DNA of 63,502 nt, counting the filler, from Reticulomyxa filosa (taxonomy: Eukaryota > Protista > Foraminifera): NCBI GenBank assembly GCA_000512085.1. It is 19 parts of 19 records of this genome, joined end to end, with 100 filler letters (N's around TTAATTAATTAA, not from the genome) between each part and the next. Parts side by side here need not be neighbours in the genome. Positions count along the whole stretch, not along the records: positions 14,130 to 15,129 come from ASPP01044700.1; positions 15,230 to 20,884 come from ASPP01002277.1; positions 20,985 to 23,453 come from ASPP01010526.1; positions 23,554 to 27,313 come from ASPP01019422.1; 15 more parts are not named here. One strand, written 5' to 3'. Made by a program: the position numbers and the translations under genes. Position 1 is the first letter of the stretch. Every line of letters starts with the position of its first letter. Positions 14,130 to 25,906 of this stretch are shown here, one piece after another. A model generated the notes under the pieces. That model searched no databases. It was not told where the DNA came from and saw only the letters and a program-made list of their open reading frames with translations.

Positions 14130-15129
14130 AAAAAAAAAAAAAAAGATGAGTCCGAATTAAATGTGCACAAAATCGAAAAGAGTACAAAGAGGACAAAAGA
14201 ACAACGAAACAATCAAACTTTTTAGTGATAAATTTGGTGTCATAAAATCCCAAAATAGGCACCATTCGAGTTTCGTGCTTTTGTTCTGCAGATTGTAAAT
14301 TTACGTGCAACTGTTTGCATTTATTGTATTGATTTGCAAAGAGACATGCGCAAGTCTGTGTTGTGTGGACCCTCTTGCTCTCGCTTAACGAGTTTGCCGT
14401 TGGCAGGAAAAGTGCCAATGGCATTGCCAGACTGGAAAAAAATGGATGGTTGATCGGGATGGATTTGGTACTTCCCAAGACCAGCCCAGTTACTCCATTG
14501 AATACGAAATGGCAGAAGCAAATCATTCAACGCTGGGACATTGGCTCCCCCAGTCAAAGCGTCCCACAAGGACCTGGTGTTGTCATCGAAAAAGCGGATC
14601 CTTTCCGCAATTTTCTCATTGTACCAATCTGCGACTATTACTAGCGATAGTCCGTGTTGTAGAATATCGTCTTCGAGTTTTTCAATTTCTTCTTCGAAGA
14701 ATTCCTTTTGTGACAATTTGATTTATTTAACAAACAAATAAATAAACAAATAAATAAACAAATAAATAAACAATTAAATAAACAAATAAATACACACACA
14801 CACACATAAAATCCAAATATTCTATACCTCTTCCGGATCGACGATAATGAGAGCCGCATAATGAGTAGCATTGACGCAGGTGTAATCGGTCCCCAAAACC
14901 TCAACAAAATAGCCCTTGTCTTTCAAAGCGTCATACAAACCGTGGTAATTGGTGTGCAAATGGTCGCCTGTCCAATCCAACATATCTTTGTCTATATCCA
15001 AGTCGTCTCTCGGAATGTAGCCCAATGGATATTGCAAATTGCGAAATTGGTCCCACAGCATACGCTTGTTTCGAGGAGGGGTTGGGATTATACTCAATGT
15101 CACTGGGATGTGGACTTGATGTTTTACCC
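14130..15129 (-). CDS. MBTPS1: Site-1 protease (SKI-1/S1P, subtilase), internal fragment
   Basis: IIPTPPRNKRMLWDQF..YP.GYIPRD.L....LDWTGDHLHTN...GYFVEVLG and DWYN...FFDDNTR.LW...TGGANVPALNDLL match S1P. Intron 14827-14705. Confidence 0.92.
14729..14806. repeat. Intronic microsatellite (AAAC/AAAT)n followed by (CA)n
   Basis: aacaaacaaataaataaacaaataaataaac... then cacacaca. Confidence 0.85.
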
Positions 15130-15847
15130 NNNNNNNNNNNNNNNNNNNNNNNNNNNNNNNNNNNNNNNNNNNNTTAATTAATTAANNNNNNNNNNNNNNN
15201 NNNNNNNNNNNNNNNNNNNNNNNNNNNNNTAGGAGTAGTGAGATGACTAAAGGAAATTAAAATCATTAAATAAATAATCCAAAAAAACATCAAAACGCCT
15301 AAACAAAAAAAATGTCAATAAACTTCATAAAAAGATTCCAAAAAAAAACAATTGAAGCTAAATCACAGCCTACCTACAACGTAAGATAATGCCACAATTG
15401 TTACTTTTTGTGAAAATGGAATTGATAAAGTTAATGTTTTTGTGAAAGCTTGAGAACATTATAAAAACATTACGAAGAACATAACTTTTGATGAGATTTA
15501 TCCATTTCTACTTGAAAATAGTTAGTGTCTCTTATTCAATTTATGAATCAGCTGTATTTTAAAAAAATAAAACAGGCAATATTGACAAATTCAAAAATAT
15601 TAAAAATAAATTATTTAGATATATTATTACATGATATTTACAAAGACTTCTTTATAGTATTAAAAACATCATGCACTTTTCAAAATGTACCACGCCATTG
15701 TGTGATACAATCAATATTGTAGTCTTATCATAATTTTGTTTTCCAGTCAATCGTACACTTTTTTTACTTTTAAAAGGACGACTTTTTTCATGTGCTTCTC
15801 CTTTTTAAAAAATCTAAGCTACCTCATAGTTCTTCAACATTAACAAC

Positions 15848-17042
15848 ATGAGCAATCAAATTTTTCAAATTTTGAAGGAGTTGCCCACCCCACTTTGTCT
15901 GTCTCAATGTGTGCTACACAAACACGAAATCCTCATTTGTGGAAGTTGGGACAAAAGAGCTTGTTATTCTTATGATATAATCAAAAATGAATACAAGTTT
16001 ATCTGTGATTATCCAAGTGATATTACATTAGAAGGACACTGTGTAGTGAAGCTAGTAGATAATAATAGCAAAGACAGTAGCCAAATCACTTTGTTGTCTT
16101 TTGGTGGATTACATAAACATACATTGATAATGAGATATGTAAGTGTTTGGAGTAATATATCAAACAAATCAAATGAATTTAGCAATTGCAATCAATGGTC
16201 CCTTTCAAAGACAATCACAATCATCCAATTATCATTGGAAGAAATAATGATTATTATATCGGAGTGCGTGCAGTGATTGGTGGAGGCAATAATAATTTGT
16301 TATTTATCACTTATTATGAAAAGAATATTAGTGTGTTTGATTTAAACACATTTCAATTTATTAAGCATGATACTTTGCCAGATAAAAATTATGTTGAATA
16401 TTATTGCCTTGTATCAAATCTAGAAAATAGACAAGAAATGATGAAGACAAATAAAGAAAAACATAAACAAAAATATCAAATGCTGTTGTTTTGTAAAGAT
16501 AAAGGATTATCAATTGAATATGACGAAGATAACAACACTCTTCAATTTCATCAACTGCCTGTTTGTGATGAAATTGCACCATTCAAATACTATGCATATG
16601 TGTGTATCAATGATGTCATCTTATTCTTTGGTGGATTTTGTTATAAAAATAATAATGTTGTTTCAAAATCAGTACACAAGTATTCAATTCGAGAAAACAA
16701 ATGGATGACATTTGAAAACACTTTACCCAGTCCATTGTATTATTGTGTTGCAATATTTACCGAAGAAGACAGTCATATACACATCATTGGAGGATTAGAT
16801 GATAAAAAGACAAAATTATCAACCCACATGAAGACTAAATTGCGTATATGGGATGTTTCACTGCTGGTAATGATTTGTTTATTTATTTATTTTGATGAAA
16901 CACAAATAAATTGACAAATAATAAATATGAACAGTCAAAAAATGAAATAAAATGTATTATTAAATATTGGGTTCGAACTTCAGAAATAAAATTAGGATGG
17001 ATTAATGATTTTGATAAAATTATTATAAAATACAGTAGATGA
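15848..17042 (+). CDS. Kelch-like beta-propeller protein ending in the cassette exon; one frameshift near 16198
   Basis: [31 protein letters not shown] blades. Intron 16867-16934. Last exon 16935-17042 reads [35 protein letters not shown]. Confidence 0.85.
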
Positions 17043-18185
17043 AAAAATTTTGAGAAGCACAATTTAATTATTTGTTAACCATGCTATCTTTAAATATTGT
17101 TTTGATTTTTGTCTTATTTCATAATTGCTTTTTTTAATATAAAAAAAAGGTTAAAATATTTCTATGAATGTTTTTATAACTGATTTTCTCTATAATAAAT
17201 AATCTTTAACCAAAGATTTTGATATTTATGACTTTTTAGAACAATAAAAATGAAAAGTAAAAGTTGTATGTTAAATTTAACAAATTGTGAAAAATATTAT
17301 TTAAAAAACATTACAAAAAATATCACAAGTTTTTACAAGAAAAAAGTTTAAAAGATTGAAAACAAAATAATCAATTCCCATTAGAACCATCAAAAATATT
17401 TATAAAGTAGCATAATGCGTTTGACATTTTTTTTTTGCAAACTACGGTAGAATTGCACTTTTGTGTAGCCACTGGAATAAGACCACATAGTATCAATACA
17501 TTTTTATAATGCAGCATCTATTTTGTTATGGTTTAATTTTTACTTCTTTTAGTTAAATTTTATTCGAATTTTTTGCACTTTTAAAAAAGTCAAAACAAAG
17601 AACAATATCAATGTTTATAGTCTCTCAATGAAGATGCATACTTTTGTATAATATGGGAAATCGGCCTATTCAAATGTTTTTAGCATTACTTTAAAGTAAT
17701 CAAAATTTGTTAATCTCTTTTAATTAGTGTTATACTAATTAGTGATATATTGTTTGTTATTTTTATATTACATTGTAGTTAGTGAGTTATACAATGTTTA
17801 CTTTCTCTTTCAATATTATTCTTTTGAATTCACTTCACTTATGCATTAAAAAAAAAAGATGTGAGCTATTGCAATTATGATATCTTACAGCAAAGACATA
17901 TCAAATCTGCATAATTGATAAATGGAAGTATTGTTGTTACAAAAGTAACTTTAGTGTTTTTGGCCCAACAGTTAGATGCAAATTTGGCAATATTAAAACC
18001 ATTGTTTTTCTACTGTTAAAGGCCACAATAAAACTAATGTAAAATTTTTTCTCACTTGTATGCAAATTTTACGTCAACAAAAACAAATGAAAATCTCTTT
18101 AGAGCTAGTAGATTTCATTTTTACTGCAATGTTCATAAATAAAATCTCGCATTTTTTAAAGGGAAGGTATTTAGTGTAAGTTGTC

Positions 18186-19342
18186 TCATCCCCAGATCTG
18201 GATTGTTTGGTCAATAGAACACGACACAATGGTATTATCAATTGGTGAAATATCTATTTCGGTGACCTCTTTTGTATGTCCTTCCAACATTTGTATTTCG
18301 AATCCGAATTGCGCATTCCACAGTCTAATTTTCTTATCCGCTGAACAAGATACAATAGTTTGTCCATCAGAAAAATACTTTACATCACGCACATAATCGG
18401 AATGCCCAACCATTTTCTTCAGCTCTTTTCCAGATTTTACCTTCCATAGCCGAATTGTTTTATCAAACGAACAGGATACAATAAATTGACCATCTGGAGA
18501 AAATTGTGCACGTACCACAGAATTAAAATGTCCTTTTAGTTCTTTCATTCTTTTACCTGATTGGATATCCCATATACCAATAGTTTTATCCATTGATGCC
18601 GATACAACCGTATTCATATCCGGTGAAAAATGTGCATCCAATACTCCCAGCGAATGTCCTGTCAATTTTTGTAGCTCTATTCCGAATTCTATATCCCATA
18701 ATCGAATTGTTTTATCATCTGAACATGACACAATATATTTACCATCTGAAGAAAAATGCACATTTCGAACTGAATCCATATGTCCCACCAGCAACCTTAG
18801 CTGGCCTCCTGATGCTGTATCAAATATTGGGATGGTTGTATTTCCTGAACATGACACAATTGTACTTCCATCAGGTGAAAATTCTGCAGGGAAATAATTC
18901 AAATTTCCTCCATACGTTTGCAGTTGTTGTCCCGACATCACATCATACATTCGAAGTGGTCCGGAATATTCTGATGCAATCACTTTGGAGCCATCTGGTG
19001 AAAATTTTATGCCCATTACGCCTGTGCTGCATTCTCGCACAATTTTCAAAAATTCAAAATGCTTTCCCTGTGTCATACATTATCAATCGTCGATTGCCAT
19101 TGCAATTCGAAAATACATAGCACTGAGCTTAACGTATTTAGCGACAAGACTATCAAAGTGATGGATCCATCCCGCTTTTACTTTCAAAATTCGTTGCCAG
19201 TGTTGGATAATCAGTTTTACTTTTTTCTCAAACTGCTTTTTGTTTTTTTCCGTTCTATGCATATTTATTAATTAAATATTCAATGCAAGCTTACCGATTG
19301 TTGTGCTAGCATCTCATCTTTCTTGTCAGTGGTGGTGGACAT
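18186..19342 (-). CDS. WD40 protein (FSPDG-type, 7 blades) with cassette exon; exons 19342-19295, 19232-19134, 19067-18186; about 342 aa
   Basis: Three in-frame exons with phase-0 GT-AG introns of 62 and 66 nt. Repeats GH...FSPDG..IVSCSxDKTIRLW. Confidence 0.92.
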
Positions 19343-19819
19343 TACACTGCTATTTTTATTTCCAAATAATAATTGATTTGACGATTAAAAAAAAAAAGGT
19401 GAGTTTGGAGCTCACCCTTTTTTTTTTTTTGGTTTAGGTTTGTACAAAACTGTACTATTAATTTGTGCAGCAAATGAAAAGGGCAATATCTTAAAGAAAA
19501 GAAATTTGTTCTTGTTATTGATTTGTGAAATGATAACAGTGTTCAATAAGACAATGCCAGCCGAACATAATATCGAGACGGGAATAGAAATGAAAAAAAG
19601 CTGGGAGAAGCAATTTCTAATCTTAAGATCAGATTGTGTGAATAATCTCAACAAAACAAAAAAAAAAAAAGCAAAAGTGAATAAGAAAAAGAGAGAAGCT
19701 AAAGAATTATTTTGTTTAAGTCAAACAATTGCTCGATATAAATATAGCAAAAAAGTAAGTTCACTGTAAAAAAGGCCAGGGCGTGCGTGGCCACTAAAAA
19801 AGAGCAAAAGAGAGCAGTG

Positions 19820-20836
19820 TCAGCTGCGTTTTTTTTTTTTGGATTTGGAGGAAGTGTTGGAATCGAGTTCCAATAAATACAGAGCGAGTCTCTTTCTGAT
19901 GTCAGGATTGTGTCTGTCAACGTCAAGCAACAAGTCCCATTGCTTCTGCATTTTGGTTAGTTTTGAAATATTGTAAGCGACGATATGGCGATTGGGCTTT
20001 GACTTATGGCCCTTTGTCTGAGTGATGCTATCTTTGATAATTGTGTCGACCTCTTTGTCTGTCCTTGTATCTGCATTTGTATCTGCATTTGCATTTGCAT
20101 TTATCTTTGCTTGTTCTATGGACCCAGATTTGTCTTTTGAAACGGAGGTTGAAGAAGAAGAAGAGAAATTGTCATTGTTTAATGTATCTTGCATTCGTTT
20201 CAGCTTCATTTTCACATTGCCATTGTAAAGGCATTTGAGAAACGGCAGCAAAACGCCAGTCTTTTCAGCCACAGCGCTGACTCCAAGTGCCAAAGGGATG
20301 CGACTCCAAAATTCTTTGCCAAAGTCCTCCAATGACATGTCCATGTACTTTTGCACTTGATCATCGATCCTGTTGACATTGTTATCTTCGTCTTTGCGAT
20401 GGCCATTTATGTTATTCTTATCATTGTTACTTTCGTTGTTACTTTCGTTGTTACTTTCATTGTTACTTTCGTTGTTACTTTCGTTGTTACTTTCGTTGTT
20501 CTTGTCATCACTGTTACTATTGACAGTCGCAGCATTGTCGTCGCGAGCAGACGTCTGAGCATTGGAAGCATGGTCGACAGAGAGATCTGAGTGATACGAC
20601 AGAACCTGCGAGACGACGCGCAGTTTGACGGAAATGACATGTTTCTCGTTGACCAGCGGATCGAACCAAAACAGATCCTCGGCCTGGGGCACGGAGCGAC
20701 CCCATCGAGTGAGTTGATTGCCACGCAGAAAGTCGCCACTCAATGTAAAGTGTAGCTTTTTTTTCGGAGACGGATGCAGCGCGACCATTTCACCTTTTTT
20801 ACTGGTTAGCGACGCCATTGCAATATCTTCAAAGTC
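19820..20836 (-). CDS. Hypothetical protein, C-terminal part
   Basis: 341-codon ORF beginning at an intron-like (TA)n contig end; contains an NNES repeat. Confidence 0.6.
   Translation of the reverse strand, partial: DFEDIAMASLTSKKGEMVALHPSPKKKLHFTLSGDFLRGNQLTRWGRSVPQAEDLFWFDPLVNEKHVISVKLRVVSQVLSYHSDLSVDHASNAQTSARDDNAATVNSNSDDKNNESNNESNNESNNESNNESNNESNNDKNNINGHRKDEDNNVNRIDDQVQKYMDMSLEDFGKEFWSRIPLALGVSAVAEKTGVLLPFLKCLYNGNVKMKLKRMQDTLNNDNFSSSSSTSVSKDKSGSIEQAKINANANADTNADTRTDKEVDTIIKDSITQTKGHKSKPNRHIVAYNISKLTKMQKQWDLLLDVDRHNPDIRKRLALYLLELDSNTSSKSKKKKRS
20424..20499. repeat. Coding 12-bp tandem repeat (NNES)x6
   Basis: ttgttactttcg repeated about six times. Confidence 0.9.
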
Positions 20837-20879
<43 letters not shown>

Positions 20880-21155
20880 TATATNNNNNNNNNNNNNNNN
20901 NNNNNNNNNNNNNNNNNNNNNNNNNNNNTTAATTAATTAANNNNNNNNNNNNNNNNNNNNNNNNNNNNNNNNNNNNNNNNNNNNAATAAATAAAATAATC
21001 AAAAATGAAGAGAGAAAAAAAAGGTAATGTTTCAAAAGAAATATTAAAATCATTTTTCCTTACCTTTTAGTCCTTTCTATCTAGAATAACTTTCTTCGAA
21101 AAAACAGTGGATCAAGTGCGCTGTAAATGAACTTTTTGAAATAGGACGTCAAGAC

Positions 21156-21710
21156 ATGTCTGCTCCTTCAACTCTAGATAATTCAAATGTCGAAAAAGAG
21201 CCAGGAAGTACTGTTTATCTGAATATTCCAAACACAAATGAATTTATTCCATACTCTACGGCGACTTACCAAATGTCACAACCATTATTATTTCAACAAG
21301 ACCAAAACCTGTCAAATACGTGGCCTCCTTTTCAACACAACTATGGTTCTCATTTAGAAAGCATAAATCCTGTTGTAGGGGAAGCACTCGATCCGACATT
21401 AGTCCATCTCTCGCATCATATCCACAAGCATAAGCATCACCGTAATGAAGCATATCATTGGGGTGATGAGCTACAATTTCACAATCTCACTTACTTGGCA
21501 TGTGTAACATGTCTTTGTTGTTTTTTTCCATTGGGTTTAATTGCCCTCTATTATGCGGTCAAGGCAAATACATACTACCATCATAATTCTTTTCTCAAAG
21601 CCAAAAGATTTAATCATTTGGCAAGAAAATGGATTCAACTTACTTGTTGCTTTGGCATCTGCATGATATTTGGCCTGATCTTTGCCAATATTCTTTTTAT
21701 CAAATTTTGA
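21156..21710 (+). CDS. CD225/dispanin (IFITM-like) membrane protein
   Basis: YLACVTCLCCFFPLGLIALYYAVKA...A.R....ARKW followed by a second hydrophobic segment. Confidence 0.85.
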   Translation: MSAPSTLDNSNVEKEPGSTVYLNIPNTNEFIPYSTATYQMSQPLLFQQDQNLSNTWPPFQHNYGSHLESINPVVGEALDPTLVHLSHHIHKHKHHRNEAYHWGDELQFHNLTYLACVTCLCCFFPLGLIALYYAVKANTYYHHNSFLKAKRFNHLARKWIQLTCCFGICMIFGLIFANILFIKF

Positions 21711-22699
21711 AAAAAAAAATGTAAAACTGAGCAAACATTTTGTAAAAGTATTTGAAGCGTATTTGTTTTTTTTCAGATAAAAGTTTGTTTAGTCGTCTTT
21801 TTCCTCGTTCGTTCAATTTTTCGATGGCAAAATGTGTTTTCATGTATAAGTATTGTTCAAAATTGCTTAAAAAAAACAAAAATTTTTTGGTTGTTGACCA
21901 ACTTTTATAATTTTATTCAAGCCAAGTAAAAAAAAATAACAAAAGAAAAACATTGAATTTTATTCATGCACTCACTATAAAACTTTTTTAAATAAAAAAA
22001 CGCAAAAGAATAAACTTACATCAGGGCTGCCTAACTTAGGTTTTCTCTCTTTTTTTGTTAGTTGTGATGTGGTTGACATATTTCTGTAAGCTAAGAAAAG
22101 CTGACATTAATTATGCTTTTTGAGAATTAGCGTGTATCTGTTTGAATGACTTTTAGATTAATTTTGTTTTTTTTATCTTTAAATATGTTTTTAAATTTAA
22201 GTGATTGGAACTTGAATTTTGTAGCAGTTGCCATTTGGCAAAATTGTTAAATGGTTAATTGTTGTTCTGTTGCTCAAGCAAATGTGAACAAAGGACAAAA
22301 ATTTGTTAGTCATTCTCAACACTACGCTTGAAATACCATATTTTTGATTTTTTAAAAAGGAACCAAAGTTTGTACAGAAGTTCCAAAATGCTGCAAGACA
22401 TTTGATAAATATAACTAAAACTTTTAAACGGAACGCCACTCTGTTTTTGTAGGTTCAGAAAGAACTAGCCCTCCCTTGGAAAAGCAAAAATTAAGCTTGC
22501 AACCCCATGGAAATATTTATATCCTCAAATTTGCGAAAAATAGACCAACAATCAAGCCAACTAGTACAGTAATAATTGTGTCTCTATTTTTTCCTTTTTT
22601 TTTTCCTTGTTATTTGGGTGCCTCCAGTTGTCCAAACACCTTGGCTCCTACTTGCTGTTTATATTAACAGTAATCTAGCTCCTGAAACAACATCATCTT

Positions 22700-23453
22700 T
22701 TCACGAAGAAAGAAGACATGACAAAAAGGGCAATTCATTGAAGAGCCAAGCCAAACAGAAAGAGTTAGGCAACAAAGGAGAACCCAATCAAAAAAAAGAA
22801 AAAGTAAAAACAAAAACAAACAAAGTTTTATACGGTATTACGCGTAGCGAAAGAGAAAAAATTGTATTTTTTTTTTTTTTTGAACGAAAAAATTGAGTTG
22901 TTTTATAAATTCAAGTTAACTGTCTTGTTTGAAATGGACATTTTGGGACGTCTTTGGATGGTGGTGGGGGGGGGGGGAGAAAAGATAGAACAAGCGCAAC
23001 AGCGCAAGAAGATGTTTGAAGACGACTGGAAAAGACGATTGGAAGAGCGGCAAAAAAGACAGAGCAATAAACTTGGAAATAAAAAGCAAAAAAAAGGTGA
23101 AACGGACACCAAAAAGATTCAATCCTTTTTAAAAAAAGTGAAAGGTTTATGTGAACCACGAAATGCGAAATATGTGCAAACAATGACGAAAGAGCAAGGT
23201 ACGTATAAGCTGGATCGTTATTTAAACGAGATTGCACGGGATGTATTGGCGATGCACATCAGCAATGAACATGATAAAGGTACAAAAGATTGTGTGATCC
23301 TGTTCATTAGCACACTTTGCCAAATGTACACCAAGTTTGAAAAAAAATTGGAAGTCGAAATCGCCAAAATTTTCAATTGCAAACTTTTGTCATTGTCCGA
23401 TGTTCCCTCCAATGAGTTGTGTATACGTATATACACACATATATACATATATA
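22700..23453 (+). CDS. UPF2: UPF2/NMD2-like protein, first MIF4G domain, partial
   Basis: DTKKIQSFLKKVK...KLDRYLNEIA...ILFISTLCQMYTKF resembles UPF2 (KKNTAFVKKLK...LNLSKYIAEAV...SLFHQRYADF). Start is uncertain. Confidence 0.65.
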
Positions 23454-23553
23454 NNNNNNNNNNNNNNNNNNNNNNNNNNNNNNNNNNNNNNNNNNNNTTA
23501 ATTAATTAANNNNNNNNNNNNNNNNNNNNNNNNNNNNNNNNNNNNNNNNNNNN

Positions 23554-23876
23554 GGGATATTCGATCTGGAAAACAAATTCAAGTGTTCAATGGACATACA
23601 AATCAAGTTTTTGCTGTTGAATATTCACCATTTGTAATAAAGGATAATAGTGGTAATTCGAATGTGATATGCTCTGGATCATATGATAATACAATTCATT
23701 TTTGGGACATCCGAACCAACAGGAAATGTTATGAGATTAAAGGAGATGGTGGAATAAGATGCATTGGATTTGTAGCATTGAAAAATGGAGAAAGAAATGT
23801 TATTGATGGTGATAATTATAATTATAGTTTATGTTATGGAACATCGAAAGGGTCTATTTGTATGTGGGATAAATAG
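23554..23876 (+). CDS. WD40 protein C-terminus (ICSGSxD-type)
   Basis: WDIRSGKQIQVFNGH...ICSGSYDNTIHFWD...LCYG; paralogous to 362-703. Confidence 0.88.
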
Positions 23877-25101
23877 ATATTTTGATGGGAAAAAAGCGAA
23901 CATTTTGTGAAAAGAAAGTTTAATCACTTTGCAAAAAGTTTCTTTTTTTAAATCAAAAATGAAATGAAAGTAAATTATTTTGTGCAAGATTAAAAAAGGT
24001 TGTTCAGACGTAAGCATTTATAAAATTATAATTATCTTCTAACACATTTCCATTTGTATTTTTAGTTGTCTCTCTTCAATAAGATCATCAAATAATCTGA
24101 CGAATATTTTTATATATTGTTCGAATATACATTTTTTTTTATTCGTCCAAAAAAAGATGTTTACACAACACACGAAAAGTTGTGTAATGTCATTCTATTA
24201 TTGTTGTGATTAGATTCAATAATTTTGATATTTGTTAAAAAAAATCAACTTGAACATCACTTCGGTTATTATGGTCATCTTAGAGAATTGAATATTTTAT
24301 TTTGTTCATACCTTCCTAACTTTTGATGATAAATACACTTTCAAAATATCATTCATGTACTTACTTCTGGACAACAATTCTTGTTTAAACAATATAATGT
24401 AATGTAACAAATGCTGAATGAAAATGAAAATAACAATTTTATAAGTAATAAACTTCTATGCATATTAATATTTCACTTTGACAATGAACAAAATGGTGTT
24501 ACAATTTCTGTTAATATTTTGAAAAAAATATGTTAATTGTTAGTTTTCATAATGACTGACACGTTAAATAGATAAAACAATTATTTAATTTTGTAAATAA
24601 TAATGTTTTTGGAATGGAAAAAAATACCACAAATAATTTTTAATGATTTAATTTATTGTGTTATTGTGAATATTAAATTATGAAAGTAGTTACCAACTGA
24701 TTGATTAAAGATTTGGTTTGTTCGTTTTTATTGTTTTTTCCTTTTTTGATACATCAAATTGTAATTCAAAACTCATTGAGTGAAAAAAGAAAAATCTCTA
24801 AGGTGTTGCAAAGTTGCAGCTTACAAAACTTTGAAAATTGCTGCAATTTTTCGGCCATTCATGAGAAATATTGTGTTAAATTACTTGAGATAACACAGAA
24901 AATAGAATCATGTTCCATCTCACTCCGAAAATCAGTACTTTTAAAAATTTTAATCAAACTTATTTTTATTAGACAGATGTCAGTACACCTAAAATCGGTT
25001 GCTATTATTATCATTACTCAAAAATGCATCTACCTCACAAGCAAATAGTTTTATCCCCGCACAGGATATAATAATTTGCTTATATTCACAATTTAATACA
25101 G

Positions 25102-25670
25102 GCGGCTAACTTCCTCATATTTGAAATGTTTTGTTCATCATCCAAATTAGTTAAACATTCACTGGACATATACTAATTACATCACACTTGATGACAGTCA
25201 ATTCATTTGTTCAGGATCAAATAATAAAATAGTTCTTGTAAATGGGATATAGACAAAAACAAACAAACTCAATCATTCAATGGACATTCATCCTTTGTGC
25301 ATTGTGTGAAATTTTCATCATATCATTATTATTATCATTGTTAAAATGTCATTTGTTTTTCATCAAGACAGCATCGTTCGTTTTTTGGGTATCAAAGATA
25401 ATAGACAATTAATTCAGACGCAAGTTGTAATGGAATTGAATTCTCACCATTTAATGAAAGTCGATATTTATGTTCTGGATTGAAACAACCACACAATTGA
25501 TCGTATTTAAAAAACATAAAAATGTAGTGTCAGGTGTAAAATATGGATCAAGTGAATTAAGAAATGTTGGTGGTGAAAAATACAAGATTATTCGATCAAA
25601 TAAGAATAAATTATAAACTATCAATGGAAATAGAAAGAAGATTATTGAATAATTTGTTTTAAATTTTTAC
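25102..25670 (+). pseudogene. Heavily decayed WD40 gene (ICSGSxD-type)
   Basis: Fragments FCSSSKL..FTGH, QFICSGS, FNGHSSFVHCVKFS, GIEFSPFN..RYLCSG and VKYGS, with stops, indels and large deletions. Confidence 0.8.
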
Positions 25671-25906
25671 AACAACAAAAATTTAGTTGGCTGACTCACA
25701 ATTTCAAATCGAAGGTTCAATAAAAGAGATGGGAAAATTGTTTCACGTCTCTGCCCTACAAAAAGATATCAATTCAATTTTTAAGTTTTCTGTTTTTATG
25801 ATAATTTATTGTCTTGCAAAATACCTTTTTTACTGTTTTTTCAAAAGCGTCGTTCACATCCCCTTTTTAAAAAAAGTTTAAAACTACTTTTAAAAAATTC
25901 AGCAAT

